DNA of 64,000 nt from assembly GCA_944382715.1 (NCBI GenBank), contig CALWNC010000001.1:118872-182871 (forward strand). The letters are read 5' to 3'. The notes beneath the pieces are model-generated. The model did not search any database, was not told the origin of the DNA, and worked only from the letters and a program-made list of their open reading frames with translations. This DNA is from an uncultured Clostridia bacterium. Lineage in GTDB: Bacteria; Bacillota; Clostridia; Christensenellales; UBA1242. The first letter of the stretch is position 1. Each line of letters starts with the position of its first letter. Of this stretch, positions 42,211 through 52,786 are shown one piece after another. Made by a program: the position numbers and the translations under genes.

Positions 42211-44285
42211 TAGTCAATTTTTGTTGATTGTTCTTGTAAAGTATTATCTAATTCAATTTTTTTATTCTTTTCAAATTTATTCTTTAATTTGTCAAAATTA
42301 ATGTAAATTACATAAAAAATTACAAAACTAATAATTCCAAAAATAGAAATTACATTTGACAGTGTTACATAACCGGCACGAAATTCAATATGGAGTGTGC
42401 CACTTTCTGTAATATTTGCTTCCAAAAATCCGTTTTCTGAGCTTGTGAGTTCAATTTCTTGAATCTGTCCATCTTGAGTTATAAGTGTTGCCACATATCC
42501 TTTATAATAAAGTGTAGGCAATTCAACTGTGACACTATTATCTACAACAATATCAACATCGTAGCAGTGAGAATTTGTCTTTACAAAATTGGTAAATGTT
42601 GCCTCCCCATTAATTATAATAAATTCAAAAGGATTTTCTTTTAAATAATTTTCTAAACTTTCACAATTTTCATAATCTAAAATTATTTTAGATGGCACTT
42701 CCGTTTCTTTAAAATTGATTTTTAAATAAGTAGTCGTTTCTTTATTAGCAAAAGAACATTCAAGTTCATATATATTATTAGTAAATCTTGCGTCACACTG
42801 ATATACTTTTAAACCATTGCATACATCATATGGTATTTTTAAAATAACATAACCACTTTTTATGTTTTTCTCAATGACAAAATTAATTTGTTTTAATCCC
42901 TGATAATTTGCAAATTCAGTTATATCTACATCAGATTCTAATATCATATAATCATTTGCTCTATTAAAAACATATTCATTTGTTGCCCCGTTTGGATAGT
43001 AGTTACCCACTTTCTCCGTACCTATACCATGATTAAATGAAAGACCATTAACCCTACTATCAAAATCTCTTGGAGCAAAATTTGCTCCATATGAAAAAGT
43101 CAAAATTAACACTAAACTAAATATAAAAGCCAACGACGAAGTTGTATAGATAATCAGTTGCTTACTTTTAATATTTTTGAATATGTAATAAAGCCAAATA
43201 CTATCAAAAAGAGGTATAAACAAGTACAATCTCCAACCAAATTGAATCATATTAAAGATTGTTGAGTTAAAAAATATCCAAATAATCGCAAGTGGTGAAA
43301 CTAAAAAGAATACAATACTAGAAACTATAAAGAGAGATTTTTGTAATTGTGTATTATTTTTTCTATTTTTTATATATTTAATCAAGTAAGCTATGTATAT
43401 GATAAGTGTAATAGAAAAAGAAGAAAATAAATACATTTGTGAAGCTTCGAATTTTTGAATACTTTCTATTATTGAATAATAAATATAAAAACCTGAATAT
43501 CCCATTTCAGATAAATTTACAATACTTCTATTTATCAGCATTGGCAAATAATATGCACAAGATATTAAAAGCACAAAAACACAAGAAATTGCAAAAATAC
43601 AAATATTTTTTCTCTTAAAGAATTTTTTTGCATTTAATAACAAATAGATTGCTGAAAACAATGTTATGTATACAGTCAGTGACAAATGAAAAATTATACT
43701 TAGTGAAAAACCAACAACAAACAATGGTATAAATGATTTATAATTCTCATTTTCTACTAATTCAAATAACGAATGTGCTATCATTGGAACTGTCATAAAT
43801 AAAAATATTTCTGATAGTGAAAAACGAATGTAAATATCTCCTATAATATAAGGAAAGGAGATATAGAAAAGTGACAAAATAAAACTATACTTATTTTGTT
43901 TGGTCGTTGCTTTTAAAAATTTATACACAAAAATTTGTGATAAAAATAGTACAATTATTAATTCAATACAAATCGCAGAAAATGCAGTGATATTAAAAAA
44001 ATTCTTAATGATTACACAAATTACCGCTGGTAACATAGAATAAAATAATCCCGTACCATAACCATAATCTTGACAAGTCAAATCATAAATTCTAGAGAAA
44101 AAAGAACCATTATTATAAGCATAATCCAGAGCATCAATAGCTACAAAATGGTAACAAATATCATGCCCATAAACCACACTTCTAACCATAAAAGGGACAA
44201 TAAGCAAAATTGAAAAAAGTAAAAAAATAAAATACGGTATTATTTTTAAAAAAAATTCTTTCGATTTATCCATTTTTAATTGCAT
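42210..44285 (-). CDS. Large polytopic membrane protein (691 aa), possibly a GT-C-type glycosyltransferase
   Basis: About 12 or more TM segments, an early loop motif VYGHDICYHF, a ~280-aa extracytoplasmic C-domain and a terminal TM helix. Function is inferred only from architecture. Confidence 0.4.
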   Translation of the reverse strand: MQLKMDKSKEFFLKIIPYFIFLLFSILLIVPFMVRSVVYGHDICYHFVAIDALDYAYNNGSFFSRIYDLTCQDYGYGTGLFYSMLPAVICVIIKNFFNITAFSAICIELIIVLFLSQIFVYKFLKATTKQNKYSFILSLFYISFPYIIGDIYIRFSLSEIFLFMTVPMIAHSLFELVENENYKSFIPLFVVGFSLSIIFHLSLTVYITLFSAIYLLLNAKKFFKRKNICIFAISCVFVLLISCAYYLPMLINRSIVNLSEMGYSGFYIYYSIIESIQKFEASQMYLFSSFSITLIIYIAYLIKYIKNRKNNTQLQKSLFIVSSIVFFLVSPLAIIWIFFNSTIFNMIQFGWRLYLFIPLFDSIWLYYIFKNIKSKQLIIYTTSSLAFIFSLVLILTFSYGANFAPRDFDSRVNGLSFNHGIGTEKVGNYYPNGATNEYVFNRANDYMILESDVDITEFANYQGLKQINFVIEKNIKSGYVILKIPYDVCNGLKVYQCDARFTNNIYELECSFANKETTTYLKINFKETEVPSKIILDYENCESLENYLKENPFEFIIINGEATFTNFVKTNSHCYDVDIVVDNSVTVELPTLYYKGYVATLITQDGQIQEIELTSSENGFLEANITESGTLHIEFRAGYVTLSNVISIFGIISFVIFYVIYINFDKLKNKFEKNKKIELDNTLQEQSTKID

Positions 44286-44439
44286 AAATATTTCTCCAAA
44301 ATAGATCCACTAGTATTTAGTTTAGTAATTTATCAACAATATGTCAAATAATATACTTTCATAATAATTTATTTATGTTTAATTTCAACTATAACATCTT
44401 ATCTTTTATTTCAACATATAAAATTAATTTTATTTGACT

Positions 44440-44473
44440 TTGTAAAACATCAAATTTTGTAAAACATCAAATT
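44440..44473. repeat. Perfect tandem duplication of a 17-mer, TTGTAAAACATCAAATT x2
   Basis: Direct reading: 44440-44456 and 44457-44473. Confidence 0.9.
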
Positions 44474-44526
44474 ACGCATAACATTTTAGTTTTCTTCTAA
44501 AAGATTACAAGTAGACTTAATAACAA

Positions 44527-44550
44527 ATTACCCATATTTATATGGGTAAT
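44527..44550. promoter_or_regulatory. 24-bp palindrome ATTACCCATAT-TT-ATATGGGTAAT (candidate operator or hairpin)
   Basis: Perfect 11-bp arms, about 240 bp upstream of the membrane-protein gene start. Confidence 0.45.
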
Positions 44551-44907
44551 CATTAATATTAATATAGCAAAAAAAATTATTTTTTAAGGTATAATAAGTA
44601 TTTTCTATGTAATATAATAAATTAAATTTATAAAAAAAATTAAAACTTATTGCATTAACAAAAATAAATAATTTTAACAATATATAATCAACTTTGTTTT
44701 TAATTAATCTAAAATTATTAAGAGGTTATAATAATTATAACATTAACATAAACCAGAAATATTTTTAATAAAATATCACTTAAATTATAATCTTAGTTGC
44801 TTTATTACTGATTATAGTTAATGTAACAAGATTAAAATTTTGTCATCACTAGAATGATTATACTTTGAAGTATACCTAATTAAAGTAGTATTTTCATTTA
44901 TTTATAC

Positions 44908-44933
44908 AAAAAAAACCAAGCCGTTAGCTTGGG
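44908..44933 (-). terminator. Intrinsic terminator after the initiator tRNA
   Basis: CCAAGC/GCTTGG stem followed by T8 on the minus strand. Confidence 0.7.
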
Positions 44934-44939
44934 TTTTAT

Positions 44940-45015
44940 TGGTTGCGGGGGGAGGACTCGAACCTCCGACCTTTGGGTTATGAGCCCAACGAGCTGCCAA
45001 CTGCTCTACCCCGCG
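44940..45015 (-). tRNA. Initiator tRNA-fMet (anticodon CAU)
   Basis: CGCGGGGTAGAGCAGTTGGCAGCTCGTTGGGCTCATAACCCAAAGGTCGGAGGTTCGAGTCCTCCCCCCGCAACCA has the C1:A72 mismatch and three G-C pairs closing the anticodon stem. Confidence 0.92.
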
Positions 45016-45058
45016 ATATATATTATAAGTAATAGAGTTTATCACTTACAACATTATT

Positions 45059-45087
45059 ATACTACACCTTTTACTACTTTATGTCAA
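45059..45087 (-). promoter_or_regulatory. Promoter of the initiator tRNA
   Basis: TTGACA (45082-45087), 17 nt, TAGTAT (45059-45064) on the minus strand. Confidence 0.6.
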
Positions 45088-45157
45088 TAGCTTTGGGAAA
45101 TTTTTTTGATTTTAATAAAGAAAAATAGCAAAAAATAAATTTTTGCTATCATTTAGC

Positions 45158-45439
45158 CTATTCATATACATAAAGAGTTTCATCTTCTTTTATCATATCT
45201 AGTTCTTCTCTTGCCTTATCTTCTATGTAATCATCTTGTTGCATTTTTTCAATATCAGATTGAAGTACCTGCTCTTTGCTAGAGAGAGCAAGATATTGTT
45301 CATCAAACTGTGCGTTTTGTCTTCTAAGTGAACCTAGTTTAAAAAAAGAAAAAATTGCCACAGAAAAAACAACAATAAAAGCAAAGGCGCAAATTGTAAT
45401 GATGCGTTCAATTTTCTTCATTTGTCTGTAGTTTTCCAT
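45158..45439 (-). CDS. divIC: Septum formation initiator family protein (DivIC/FtsB)
   Basis: Single TM helix, a coiled coil and a C-terminal YIEDKAREELDMIKEDE motif. Synteny with yabP-yabQ. Confidence 0.8.
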   Translation of the reverse strand: MENYRQMKKIERIITICAFAFIVVFSVAIFSFFKLGSLRRQNAQFDEQYLALSSKEQVLQSDIEKMQQDDYIEDKAREELDMIKEDETLYVYE

Positions 45440-45776
45440 CTTGTTTTTTCCTCAATTTAATTTTCGTTATTCTATTATACAACAACACAAACAATTTTGT
45501 AAAGAGAAAATCTAAACTAAATTTAACAAGAAAAAGTCCGAGAAACATTCCAAGCAAGCCAAACCAACAAAATGAATAGTTATAGTAACTATTGCACAGC
45601 CAAATAAAATGAATACCAAACGCACTCCAGAAAACAAAAGATATTAAATTAACAATGAAAACATTTTTCTTTGATAAATGAATGACAAGTCTGCAAGGTA
45701 ACTTAACTAACTCCCAAGTTATGCCAGCCCATAAAAATTTTATGAATATATAAATAAGATAATTTTTAAAAAACAT
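45408..45776 (-). CDS. yabQ: YabQ-like spore cortex biosynthesis membrane protein
   Basis: Small polytopic protein located between yabP and divIC, as in Bacillus and Clostridium. Called mainly from synteny. Confidence 0.5.
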   Translation of the reverse strand: MFFKNYLIYIFIKFLWAGITWELVKLPCRLVIHLSKKNVFIVNLISFVFWSAFGIHFIWLCNSYYNYSFCWFGLLGMFLGLFLVKFSLDFLFTKLFVLLYNRITKIKLRKKQDGKLQTNEEN

Positions 45777-46057
45777 TATTTAAAGACCTTACTCATAAAA
45801 GATTTTTTATTAATTTTAGTATCATATCTAAGTGCATCTATTTTGCCTGTAACAGATAAAAGTTCTTCTTCAGGAATAAGTTTTACAACTCGTAAATCGC
45901 TACCTTGAATTGTCATAACGACATTTTGAAGTCTTGCGAAAATTTCTTTTTCTGTACTACTAATAACTTCAGTAACCCCAGTAATGTCCATTTTTTCTCT
46001 ATTATATATGTTAACAAGGTGCGATTTTGCCAATGATTTTTCACTTATATTTTCCAT
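45776..46057 (-). CDS. yabP: Sporulation protein YabP
   Basis: SHLVNIYNREKMDITGVTEVISSTEKEI...IQGSDLRVVKL....L.V.GKIDALRY matches the YabP family pattern. Confidence 0.8.
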   Translation of the reverse strand: MENISEKSLAKSHLVNIYNREKMDITGVTEVISSTEKEIFARLQNVVMTIQGSDLRVVKLIPEEELLSVTGKIDALRYDTKINKKSFMSKVFK

Positions 46058-46300
46058 TTTTATCTCCTATTAAAATATATTTTACTTTAAAAAAAATATT
46101 ACTAAACCACTGTTATATTTTAAATGTTTAAAGAAATTGAGATTTATTAACAATTAATCATTAACACAATCAAATATTATTCACTTTTAATGTTTTAAAA
46201 ATTTTTATTTGTAAAAATAATTAATGATTAAATATTCAGCCCAAAAAAAAGTGCAAATTTACATTAATTTAGCTAAAAATTAATATAAAATTTGCACTTT

Positions 46301-48520
46301 TTATAAATTAATCACTCCGTGCATTAACATTGATTTTAACATTGTATTTCTAATGGCACTGCTTTTATTTTTAACCATATAATAAATATTTGAAGATTTG
46401 CCTATTAAAACGACAATTTTTTTTGCACGCGTAACGGCAGTATAGAGTAAATTTTTATTCATAAGAAGTGGACTTCCACCCATTATTGGAATAATAACAA
46501 CCGGGAATTCACTACCTTGACTTTTATGAATTGTAATTGCGTAACTAAGTACTATTTCGTCAAGTTCGGCATACGAATATGAAGTTCTTCTGCCATCGTC
46601 AAAAATAACAGTAATTTCATTAATCTCGGTATTTATTTCATCAATTTTACCCATATCACCATTAAAGACCCCATCACCATAAGTTGCATAGCCCATTTCG
46701 CTGTATTTTTCCCAAGTTCTGTCATAATTATTGACAATCTGCATTACTCTATCACCTTCTCTGAATATTCGCTTTCTTAGTTCAAATTCGTTTTTTGTGG
46801 GTGATGAGGGATTTAACTTATCTTGAATTAAAATATTTAAGTTGTCCACTCCAGCAAAACCTGCTTTCATGGGAGCAATTACTTGAATGTCATCGCTAGT
46901 TATATCTTTAAAAAACTTTGGCATTCTTTCACTAACAAGAGAAACTATTTCCTTTGCAACTAATTCTGGGTCACTGACAGAGCTATAAAAAAAGTCACTT
47001 GATTTTGCCTTTAAATCTGGCATCTCGCTATGATTAATTTTATGCGCATTTTGAGCTATCATACTGTCCTCGCTCTGTCTATAAATTTGTGTAAGCTCAA
47101 CCACCTTAAACATATCTGAATTTATTATATCTGCAAGAACATTTCCTGCACCAACACTTGGCAACTGATCTTTATCTCCCACTAAAATAAGTCTTGTGCC
47201 AAAGTTAAGTGCCTTTAATAACGAACTCATCAAAAATACATCAAGCATTGAAACTTCATCTACAATTACAACATCTGTATCAAGTGGATTTGTTTCATTT
47301 CTTACAAAACCTCTTCCATTTGATTTAAAATTTGCTTCTAGTGCCCTATGAATAGTACTTGCAGGTTCTCCTGTCTGTTCTTCTAATCTTTTAGCGGCTC
47401 TACCAGTTGGAGCCATTAACATACACTCTAATTTTGCACTCTTAAATATCTTTAGGATTGCCCTTATTATAGTTGTCTTTCCAGTTCCCGGACCTCCAGT
47501 AATGACAACAACTCCCTCGCTCGTACCTGCAAGTATAGCTTCCTTTTGTTTTTCATGCAGAATTATTCCATTTAAAATTTCATACTGCTGTATTTCCTGA
47601 ATACTACCAAGTTTTTTTACTCCACTGCCCGAACACAAGTTTGTAAGTTTTCTAGAAATATACTTTTCCATATTATAGTATTTAGAAATTGCAAGTGCTG
47701 GTCTATCTTCATAAGTAACCTTTTTAACTAGACCATTTATTTCTAAATCCACAATTGCACTCTCTAATTTATCACTAAATTCATCGTCAAGTTCAAGTAC
47801 TAATTTTGCTTGACTAATAAGGTCATCATAGTAAGCAACTGTAGAACCTTGCTTTTCTGCTATTTCATTTAATGAAAAAATTATACCTGCTCTCAGTCTA
47901 ATATCGCTATGAATATCAATGCCAAGTTTCATTGCTATTTTGTCGGCAGTTTTAAAGCCAATTCCTTCAATATCATCAATCAATGCATAAGGGTTTGTCT
48001 TTAAAACATTTTCAGTTTCATACTTGTACTTGTCAAAAATTTTAACTGCCATACTTATAGAAATATCATATTTTTGCAAAAACATAACTGCTTCTTGCAT
48101 TTTTTTTATATCTTTATATGTACTGTGAATATCGTTTGCTTTTTTTAGACTTATGCCTCTGACTTCTGCCAGAAGATTTGGTGAAGTATCAATTATATTT
48201 AAAGTTTCCTCACCAAATTTTTTAACAATATTCCTTGCAGTAACCTCACCTACTCCACTAATCAATCCACATGAAAGGTATTTAACAATAGATTCCAAAT
48301 CTGTAGGTTTCTCAATTTTTACACTTTCAGCCACAAACTGCTCACCATACATCTTATTAATCTTAAACTCACCTTCAAGCTCTAACTTTTCTCCAACTCC
48401 AACAATTGGAAATTTGCCAGTGGCAGTAAACTTTTGATTTTTACTACTTATCTCTACAACTGTATATCCATTTTCGCTATTTCTATATATGATATTCTCA
48501 ATTTTTCCCTTTACAATCAT
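46301..48520 (-). CDS. recD2: ATP-dependent RecD2-like DNA helicase (SF1B)
   Basis: 739 aa with Walker A GGPGTGKTT, DEVSMLD, GD.DQLPSVG.G and a C-terminal ITIHKSQGSEFP. Confidence 0.88.
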   Translation of the reverse strand: MIVKGKIENIIYRNSENGYTVVEISSKNQKFTATGKFPIVGVGEKLELEGEFKINKMYGEQFVAESVKIEKPTDLESIVKYLSCGLISGVGEVTARNIVKKFGEETLNIIDTSPNLLAEVRGISLKKANDIHSTYKDIKKMQEAVMFLQKYDISISMAVKIFDKYKYETENVLKTNPYALIDDIEGIGFKTADKIAMKLGIDIHSDIRLRAGIIFSLNEIAEKQGSTVAYYDDLISQAKLVLELDDEFSDKLESAIVDLEINGLVKKVTYEDRPALAISKYYNMEKYISRKLTNLCSGSGVKKLGSIQEIQQYEILNGIILHEKQKEAILAGTSEGVVVITGGPGTGKTTIIRAILKIFKSAKLECMLMAPTGRAAKRLEEQTGEPASTIHRALEANFKSNGRGFVRNETNPLDTDVVIVDEVSMLDVFLMSSLLKALNFGTRLILVGDKDQLPSVGAGNVLADIINSDMFKVVELTQIYRQSEDSMIAQNAHKINHSEMPDLKAKSSDFFYSSVSDPELVAKEIVSLVSERMPKFFKDITSDDIQVIAPMKAGFAGVDNLNILIQDKLNPSSPTKNEFELRKRIFREGDRVMQIVNNYDRTWEKYSEMGYATYGDGVFNGDMGKIDEINTEINEITVIFDDGRRTSYSYAELDEIVLSYAITIHKSQGSEFPVVIIPIMGGSPLLMNKNLLYTAVTRAKKIVVLIGKSSNIYYMVKNKSSAIRNTMLKSMLMHGVINL

Positions 48521-48604
48521 AACAATAGTCTATAACAAATACAAAATAATGTCAATTTACATAAAAACATAAATAATTAAAAATTATCTGCAAATACTAG
48601 AAAT

Positions 48605-49438
48605 ATGAAAACACTTAAATTATTATTTATAACTATTTTATTCTGCCTTATAGCCCCTTTCTGTATAGGTGGTGCAAAATCTACTACAAGTGCAGAAAAT
48701 CTGTCAGTTTCTACTCCAAAAATGAGCATTGTTATAGACGATTTCGGAAGCTACGAACAATCCGGAGTTGAAAAACTGCTAAGTGTCAATGTACCATTGA
48801 CATGTGCCATTATTCCACATGTAGACAACTCAGAATCTAACTTTAAGGAAATATCTGAACACGGGCATGAAGTTATTTTACATATGCCTATGGAATCTCA
48901 TGTAAAGTTACCTGAAAATTGGTACGGGCCAGTATATATCAAAAACTCTGACAGCCCTGAGATGGCGAAACAAAAACTTGAAGAATGCTTAAAAGAAATG
49001 CCGAGCGTAAAGGGATTTAACTTTCATATAGGTTCAGGGGTTAGTCAAAATAAAACTTTAATGAAGGCAATTTACGAATTTGCAACAGAACACGAACTTT
49101 ATTTTCTAGATAGTAAAACTATTGAAACCACAGCAACTGTGGACGCATGTAAAGAAACGGGCTCAATCTATCTTGGTCGAGATATTTTTCTTGAAGCAAA
49201 CAAAAATAGATCATATGGAGGAGTTTGTAAACGACTTTTAGAGGGGGCAAAAATTGCAAAAGAAAAGGGATATTCTATAGTAATTGGACATGTTGGAGCC
49301 GAAGGTGGTGAAAATACTGCAAAGGCAATTTGTGACACCATTGAAGAAATTCAAAAAATGGGTATTGAAATTGTTCCACTTTCAGAAATTTACGAGCAAC
49401 TTAAGGTTTGTAGTAGTAACAATAACAATATAAAATAA
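48605..49438 (+). CDS. Divergent polysaccharide deacetylase family protein (YibQ-like), secreted or lipoprotein
   Basis: Signal peptide, then IVIDDFG...LTCAIIPH...HMPME pattern. Confidence 0.7.
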   Translation: MKTLKLLFITILFCLIAPFCIGGAKSTTSAENLSVSTPKMSIVIDDFGSYEQSGVEKLLSVNVPLTCAIIPHVDNSESNFKEISEHGHEVILHMPMESHVKLPENWYGPVYIKNSDSPEMAKQKLEECLKEMPSVKGFNFHIGSGVSQNKTLMKAIYEFATEHELYFLDSKTIETTATVDACKETGSIYLGRDIFLEANKNRSYGGVCKRLLEGAKIAKEKGYSIVIGHVGAEGGENTAKAICDTIEEIQKMGIEIVPLSEIYEQLKVCSSNNNNIK

Positions 49439-49616
49439 ATAAAGATAGCTAAATAGAAAACAATTCTTTAATAAGTATATAAAACCTATTTTTAAAATGC
49501 ATTATTTGCTTTCAATAAAAAAATTCATTTAACAAATTAAATGAATTTTTTATTTATGCAAAAATATATTAACAAATGAGAAAATTTTTGATAAAATAAC
49601 AAAAGGAGATTTACAT

Positions 49617-50303
49617 ATGAAGGGAATAATAATTTCAATTGAGGGAACTGATGGGTCAGGAAAACATACCCAGCAAAATCTTTTAAAACAAGACTTAGAA
49701 CAAATGGGATATAAAATATTCGCTCAGTCCTTTCCAAATTATGAAAGTGAATCATCATGTCCCGTTAAGATGTATTTATCGGGAGAATTTGGAGAGAGTG
49801 CCGATTGTCTTGATGCTTATGAGGCATCGACTCTTTATGCTACGGATAGACTTTGCACCTACAAAAAAACGATTAAATCTCACTATGAAAATGGTGAAAT
49901 AATTTTATGTGATAGATATGTCCAATCAAATTTTATTCATCAATGTTCTAAGCTGAGCAATGAAACTGAAAAAGAAAAATATTTAGAATGGGTACAAAAT
50001 TTTGAGTTTGAAATTTTACATTTGCCAAGACCTGATTTAGTTTTTTTTATTGAAATGCCAGTAGAAAAAAGTATGGAACTTGCAAAATCAAGAAGTTCGT
50101 ACAAAACTGGAGAAACCAAAGATATTCATGAAGAAGATTATGAATACATGAAAAAGTCATATGAAAATGGCATTAATCTTGCAAAAAAATATAATTGGAC
50201 AATAATTCACTGTTTAAATGAGAATAATGAAATTAAAAGTGCAAATGAAATACATAGTGAAATAATGAACGATACATTAAAACTATTAAATTTAAAAAAA
50301 TAA
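49617..50303 (+). CDS. tmk: Thymidylate kinase family protein
   Basis: IISIEGTDGSGKHTQ P-loop and a DRY..S motif. Confidence 0.75.
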   Translation: MKGIIISIEGTDGSGKHTQQNLLKQDLEQMGYKIFAQSFPNYESESSCPVKMYLSGEFGESADCLDAYEASTLYATDRLCTYKKTIKSHYENGEIILCDRYVQSNFIHQCSKLSNETEKEKYLEWVQNFEFEILHLPRPDLVFFIEMPVEKSMELAKSRSSYKTGETKDIHEEDYEYMKKSYENGINLAKKYNWTIIHCLNENNEIKSANEIHSEIMNDTLKLLNLKK

Positions 50304-50353
50304 AAGCTTAAAATTTTTAAATCACAAAGCTTATTGTGGTTTTATATAAGCAA

Positions 50354-50382
50354 TAAAAAAATAGGCATTAGCCTATTTTTTT
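50354..50382. terminator. Bidirectional terminator between tmk and rplA
   Basis: AATAGGC-ATTA-GCCTATT hairpin flanked by A- and T-runs. Confidence 0.75.
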
Positions 50383-50386
50383 ATTT

Positions 50387-51073
50387 TTATACTCTATATT
50401 GTACTTTAATTCCAGGTCCCATTGTGCTTGCAATACTAATAGATTTAATATATTGACCCTTTGCTGCTTGTGGTTTTGCCTTAACAATTGCATCAACAAA
50501 TGTATCATAGTTTTCTGCAAGTTTTTCAACACCAAAACTCTTTTTACCAATAGCAGAGTGAACAATACCAAATCTATCAACTCTGTATTCTACTTTACCA
50601 GCTTTTACATCAGAAATAGCTTTTGCTATATCCATTGTAACGGTACCACTTTTTGGGTTTGGCATAAGACCACGAGGTCCAAGTACTCTTGCACATCTAC
50701 CTACCAAGCCCATCATGTCTGGTGAAGTAATACAAACATCAAAGTCTAACCAGTTTTCTTTCATAATCTTATCAATTATTTCTTCAGCACCAACTATATC
50801 AGCACCAGCTGATTTAGCTTCTTCTGCTTTATCACCCTTTGCAATAACCAAAACTTTAACTGATTTACCTGTTCCGTTTGGAAGAACTACTGAACCACGA
50901 ACTTGTTGGTCAGCATTTCTTGGGTCTACACCTAGACGAATATGAACTTCAATAGTTTCATCAAATTTTGCAGTTGCTGTTTCAATGGCAAGTGCTAATG
51001 CATCATTAACTTCATAGAGTTTTCCGGCTTCAACTTTTTTAGAAGCATTTACATAATTCTTTCCGTGTTTCAT
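50387..51073 (-). CDS. rplA: 50S ribosomal protein L1
   Basis: 228 aa L1 family sequence ([20 protein letters not shown]). Confidence 0.96.
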   Translation of the reverse strand: MKHGKNYVNASKKVEAGKLYEVNDALALAIETATAKFDETIEVHIRLGVDPRNADQQVRGSVVLPNGTGKSVKVLVIAKGDKAEEAKSAGADIVGAEEIIDKIMKENWLDFDVCITSPDMMGLVGRCARVLGPRGLMPNPKSGTVTMDIAKAISDVKAGKVEYRVDRFGIVHSAIGKKSFGVEKLAENYDTFVDAIVKAKPQAAKGQYIKSISIASTMGPGIKVQYRV

Positions 51074-51087
51074 AATCTCAGCCTCCT

Positions 51088-51519
51088 CTATTCCTCAACA
51101 GTAACGCCCATTGAGCGTGCTGTTCCTCTAACCATACTCATTGCTGCTTCAAGTGATGTTGTGTTTAAATCAGGCATTTTTATTTGAGCAATCTTTTCTA
51201 CTTGAGCTTTAGTTAGTTTTCCGACCTTTGTTTTGTTTGGTACACCTGAACCCTTTTCAACGCCAAGTTCTTTAAGTACTAGAACGGCTACAGGTGGTGT
51301 CTTTAAAATAAAATCAAAACTCCTATCTTCATAGATAGTCATTACTACAGGAATGATAAGTCCTGTTTGGTTTGCAGTCTGTGCATTAAAATCTTTTACA
51401 AATTGACCAATATTAATTCCATGAGGTCCAAGACTTGATCCAATTGGAGGACCTGCTGTTGCTTTACCAGCTGGAATTTGAATCTTTACGACTGCTTTAA
51501 TTTTCTTTTTTGCTGCCAT
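51088..51519 (-). CDS. rplK: 50S ribosomal protein L11
   Basis: [43 protein letters not shown] precedes the ATG at 51519. Confidence 0.96.
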   Translation of the reverse strand: MAAKKKIKAVVKIQIPAGKATAGPPIGSSLGPHGINIGQFVKDFNAQTANQTGLIIPVVMTIYEDRSFDFILKTPPVAVLVLKELGVEKGSGVPNKTKVGKLTKAQVEKIAQIKMPDLNTTSLEAAMSMVRGTARSMGVTVEE

Positions 51520-51620
51520 ATAATTCTCCTTTATTCCTTTAAGAATAATGTGGTTTCTTTGAAGCATGTTAATTTACTTCTCCCACTTTTATATAAACGG
51601 ACGGCTATCCGATTATAAAC

Positions 51621-52160
51621 TTATTGTTCTAAAACTTCTATTTGTGCAAAATCAACATCAATTGGTGTTGGTCTGCCAAACATTTCAACTTCAACCTTAC
51701 ATTTCTGATTTTCTGCATCTACCTCTGTTACTGTTCCGACAAAATTATCAAATGCACCACCAGAAAGTTTAACTTTGTCACCAACATTTACCTTTATGTC
51801 AACAACAACTGGTTCAAGCTTCATTTTTTTAACTTCTTCATCTGTTAGTGGCAAAGGTCTACCTTGTGGACCTACAAAACCAGTAACTCCACGAGAGTTA
51901 ACAATTGTGTGCCACAAACTGTCTGTATATCTCATTTTTATTAAAATATAGCAAGGAAAAAGTTTTCTTTCAACTGCTTTTTTCTTGCCGTTCTTTTCTT
52001 CAATAACTGTCTCCATTGGAATTTTTACTTCCAAAATGTAGTTTTGAAGATTATTTTTTTCAATACATTTATTGAGATTTTCAACTGCCATCGCCTCATA
52101 GCCAGTAAAAGTATGAAGAACATACCATTTAGGTTCATCTAACTTTGATATATCTATCAT
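51621..52160 (-). CDS. nusG: Transcription termination/antitermination factor NusG
   Basis: KWYVLHTFTGYE start with a C-terminal KOW domain. Confidence 0.95.
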   Translation of the reverse strand: MIDISKLDEPKWYVLHTFTGYEAMAVENLNKCIEKNNLQNYILEVKIPMETVIEEKNGKKKAVERKLFPCYILIKMRYTDSLWHTIVNSRGVTGFVGPQGRPLPLTDEEVKKMKLEPVVVDIKVNVGDKVKLSGGAFDNFVGTVTEVDAENQKCKVEVEMFGRPTPIDVDFAQIEVLEQ

Positions 52161-52193
52161 AATAATCCCCTCGCGAAAAATCGCCTAAAATTT

Positions 52194-52544
52194 TTAGCCA
52201 ACAACCAAAGACATAAGCCAAGAAAGAAACACATCAATGCCTAAAATTACGATCATAAAGACACCAACTACAACTAAGACTGTGCCCGTTTGTTTGCAAG
52301 TCTTTTTAAATGATGGCCAGCTTACTTTTTTTAGCTCAGAAAAAACACCTTTGATGCCACCACCCCTAGGCTTGTTCTTTTTTGCCTTGCCTTTTGCAAG
52401 TTTAGTTTGTTTTTTAGCTTCTTTAAGTTTAGCCTTATCTTCCTTAGTAGCCTTAGTTTTAACTACAGTTAAAACCTCGTCAGACTCTTGAGTTGGAGCA
52501 GTTTCAACATTTTCCTTTGCTTGTTTACTTTTCTTTTTTGCCAT
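52194..52544 (-). CDS. secE: Preprotein translocase subunit SecE with long lysine-rich N-terminal extension
   Basis: C-terminal ELKKVSWPS...single TM helix is SecE; sits between rpmG and nusG. Confidence 0.9.
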   Translation of the reverse strand: MAKKKSKQAKENVETAPTQESDEVLTVVKTKATKEDKAKLKEAKKQTKLAKGKAKKNKPRGGGIKGVFSELKKVSWPSFKKTCKQTGTVLVVVGVFMIVILGIDVFLSWLMSLVVG

Positions 52545-52555
52545 AAACACTCCTA

Positions 52556-52705
52556 TTACTTTGATTCTTTATGAACTGTATGTTTTCTGCAAGTTGGGCA
52601 ATATTTACTGAAAGATAATCTATCTGGATCATTCTTTTTATTTTTAAATGAATCATAGTTACGACTCTTGCATTCTGTACATTCAAATGTGATTCTGTTT
52701 CTCAT
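52556..52705 (-). CDS. rpmG: 50S ribosomal protein L33 (Cys4 type, 49 aa)
   Basis: [17 protein letters not shown]...[13 protein letters not shown]. The ORF-track extension is spurious. Confidence 0.93.
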   Translation of the reverse strand: MRNRITFECTECKSRNYDSFKNKKNDPDRLSFSKYCPTCRKHTVHKESK

Positions 52706-52757
52706 AATTTTTCTCCTCAAAAAATTAACACCTAGCCTAAGTGGTTGGTGCTTTATA

Positions 52758-52786
52758 ATAATAGCACACGAAAAAACCACTGTCAA
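52758..52786 (-). promoter_or_regulatory. Promoter of rpmG-secE-nusG-rplK-rplA
   Basis: TTGACA (52781-52786), 17 nt, TATTAT (52758-52763) on the minus strand. Confidence 0.65.

Noticed and set aside
44356-44383. dif-like XerD half-site TTATGTTTAAT in the AT-rich region upstream of the membrane-protein gene
   Set aside because: The left arm and 6-nt central spacing do not fit the 11-6-11 dif architecture (CATAA is 8 nt away). An 11-mer like this is expected by chance in DNA this AT-rich.
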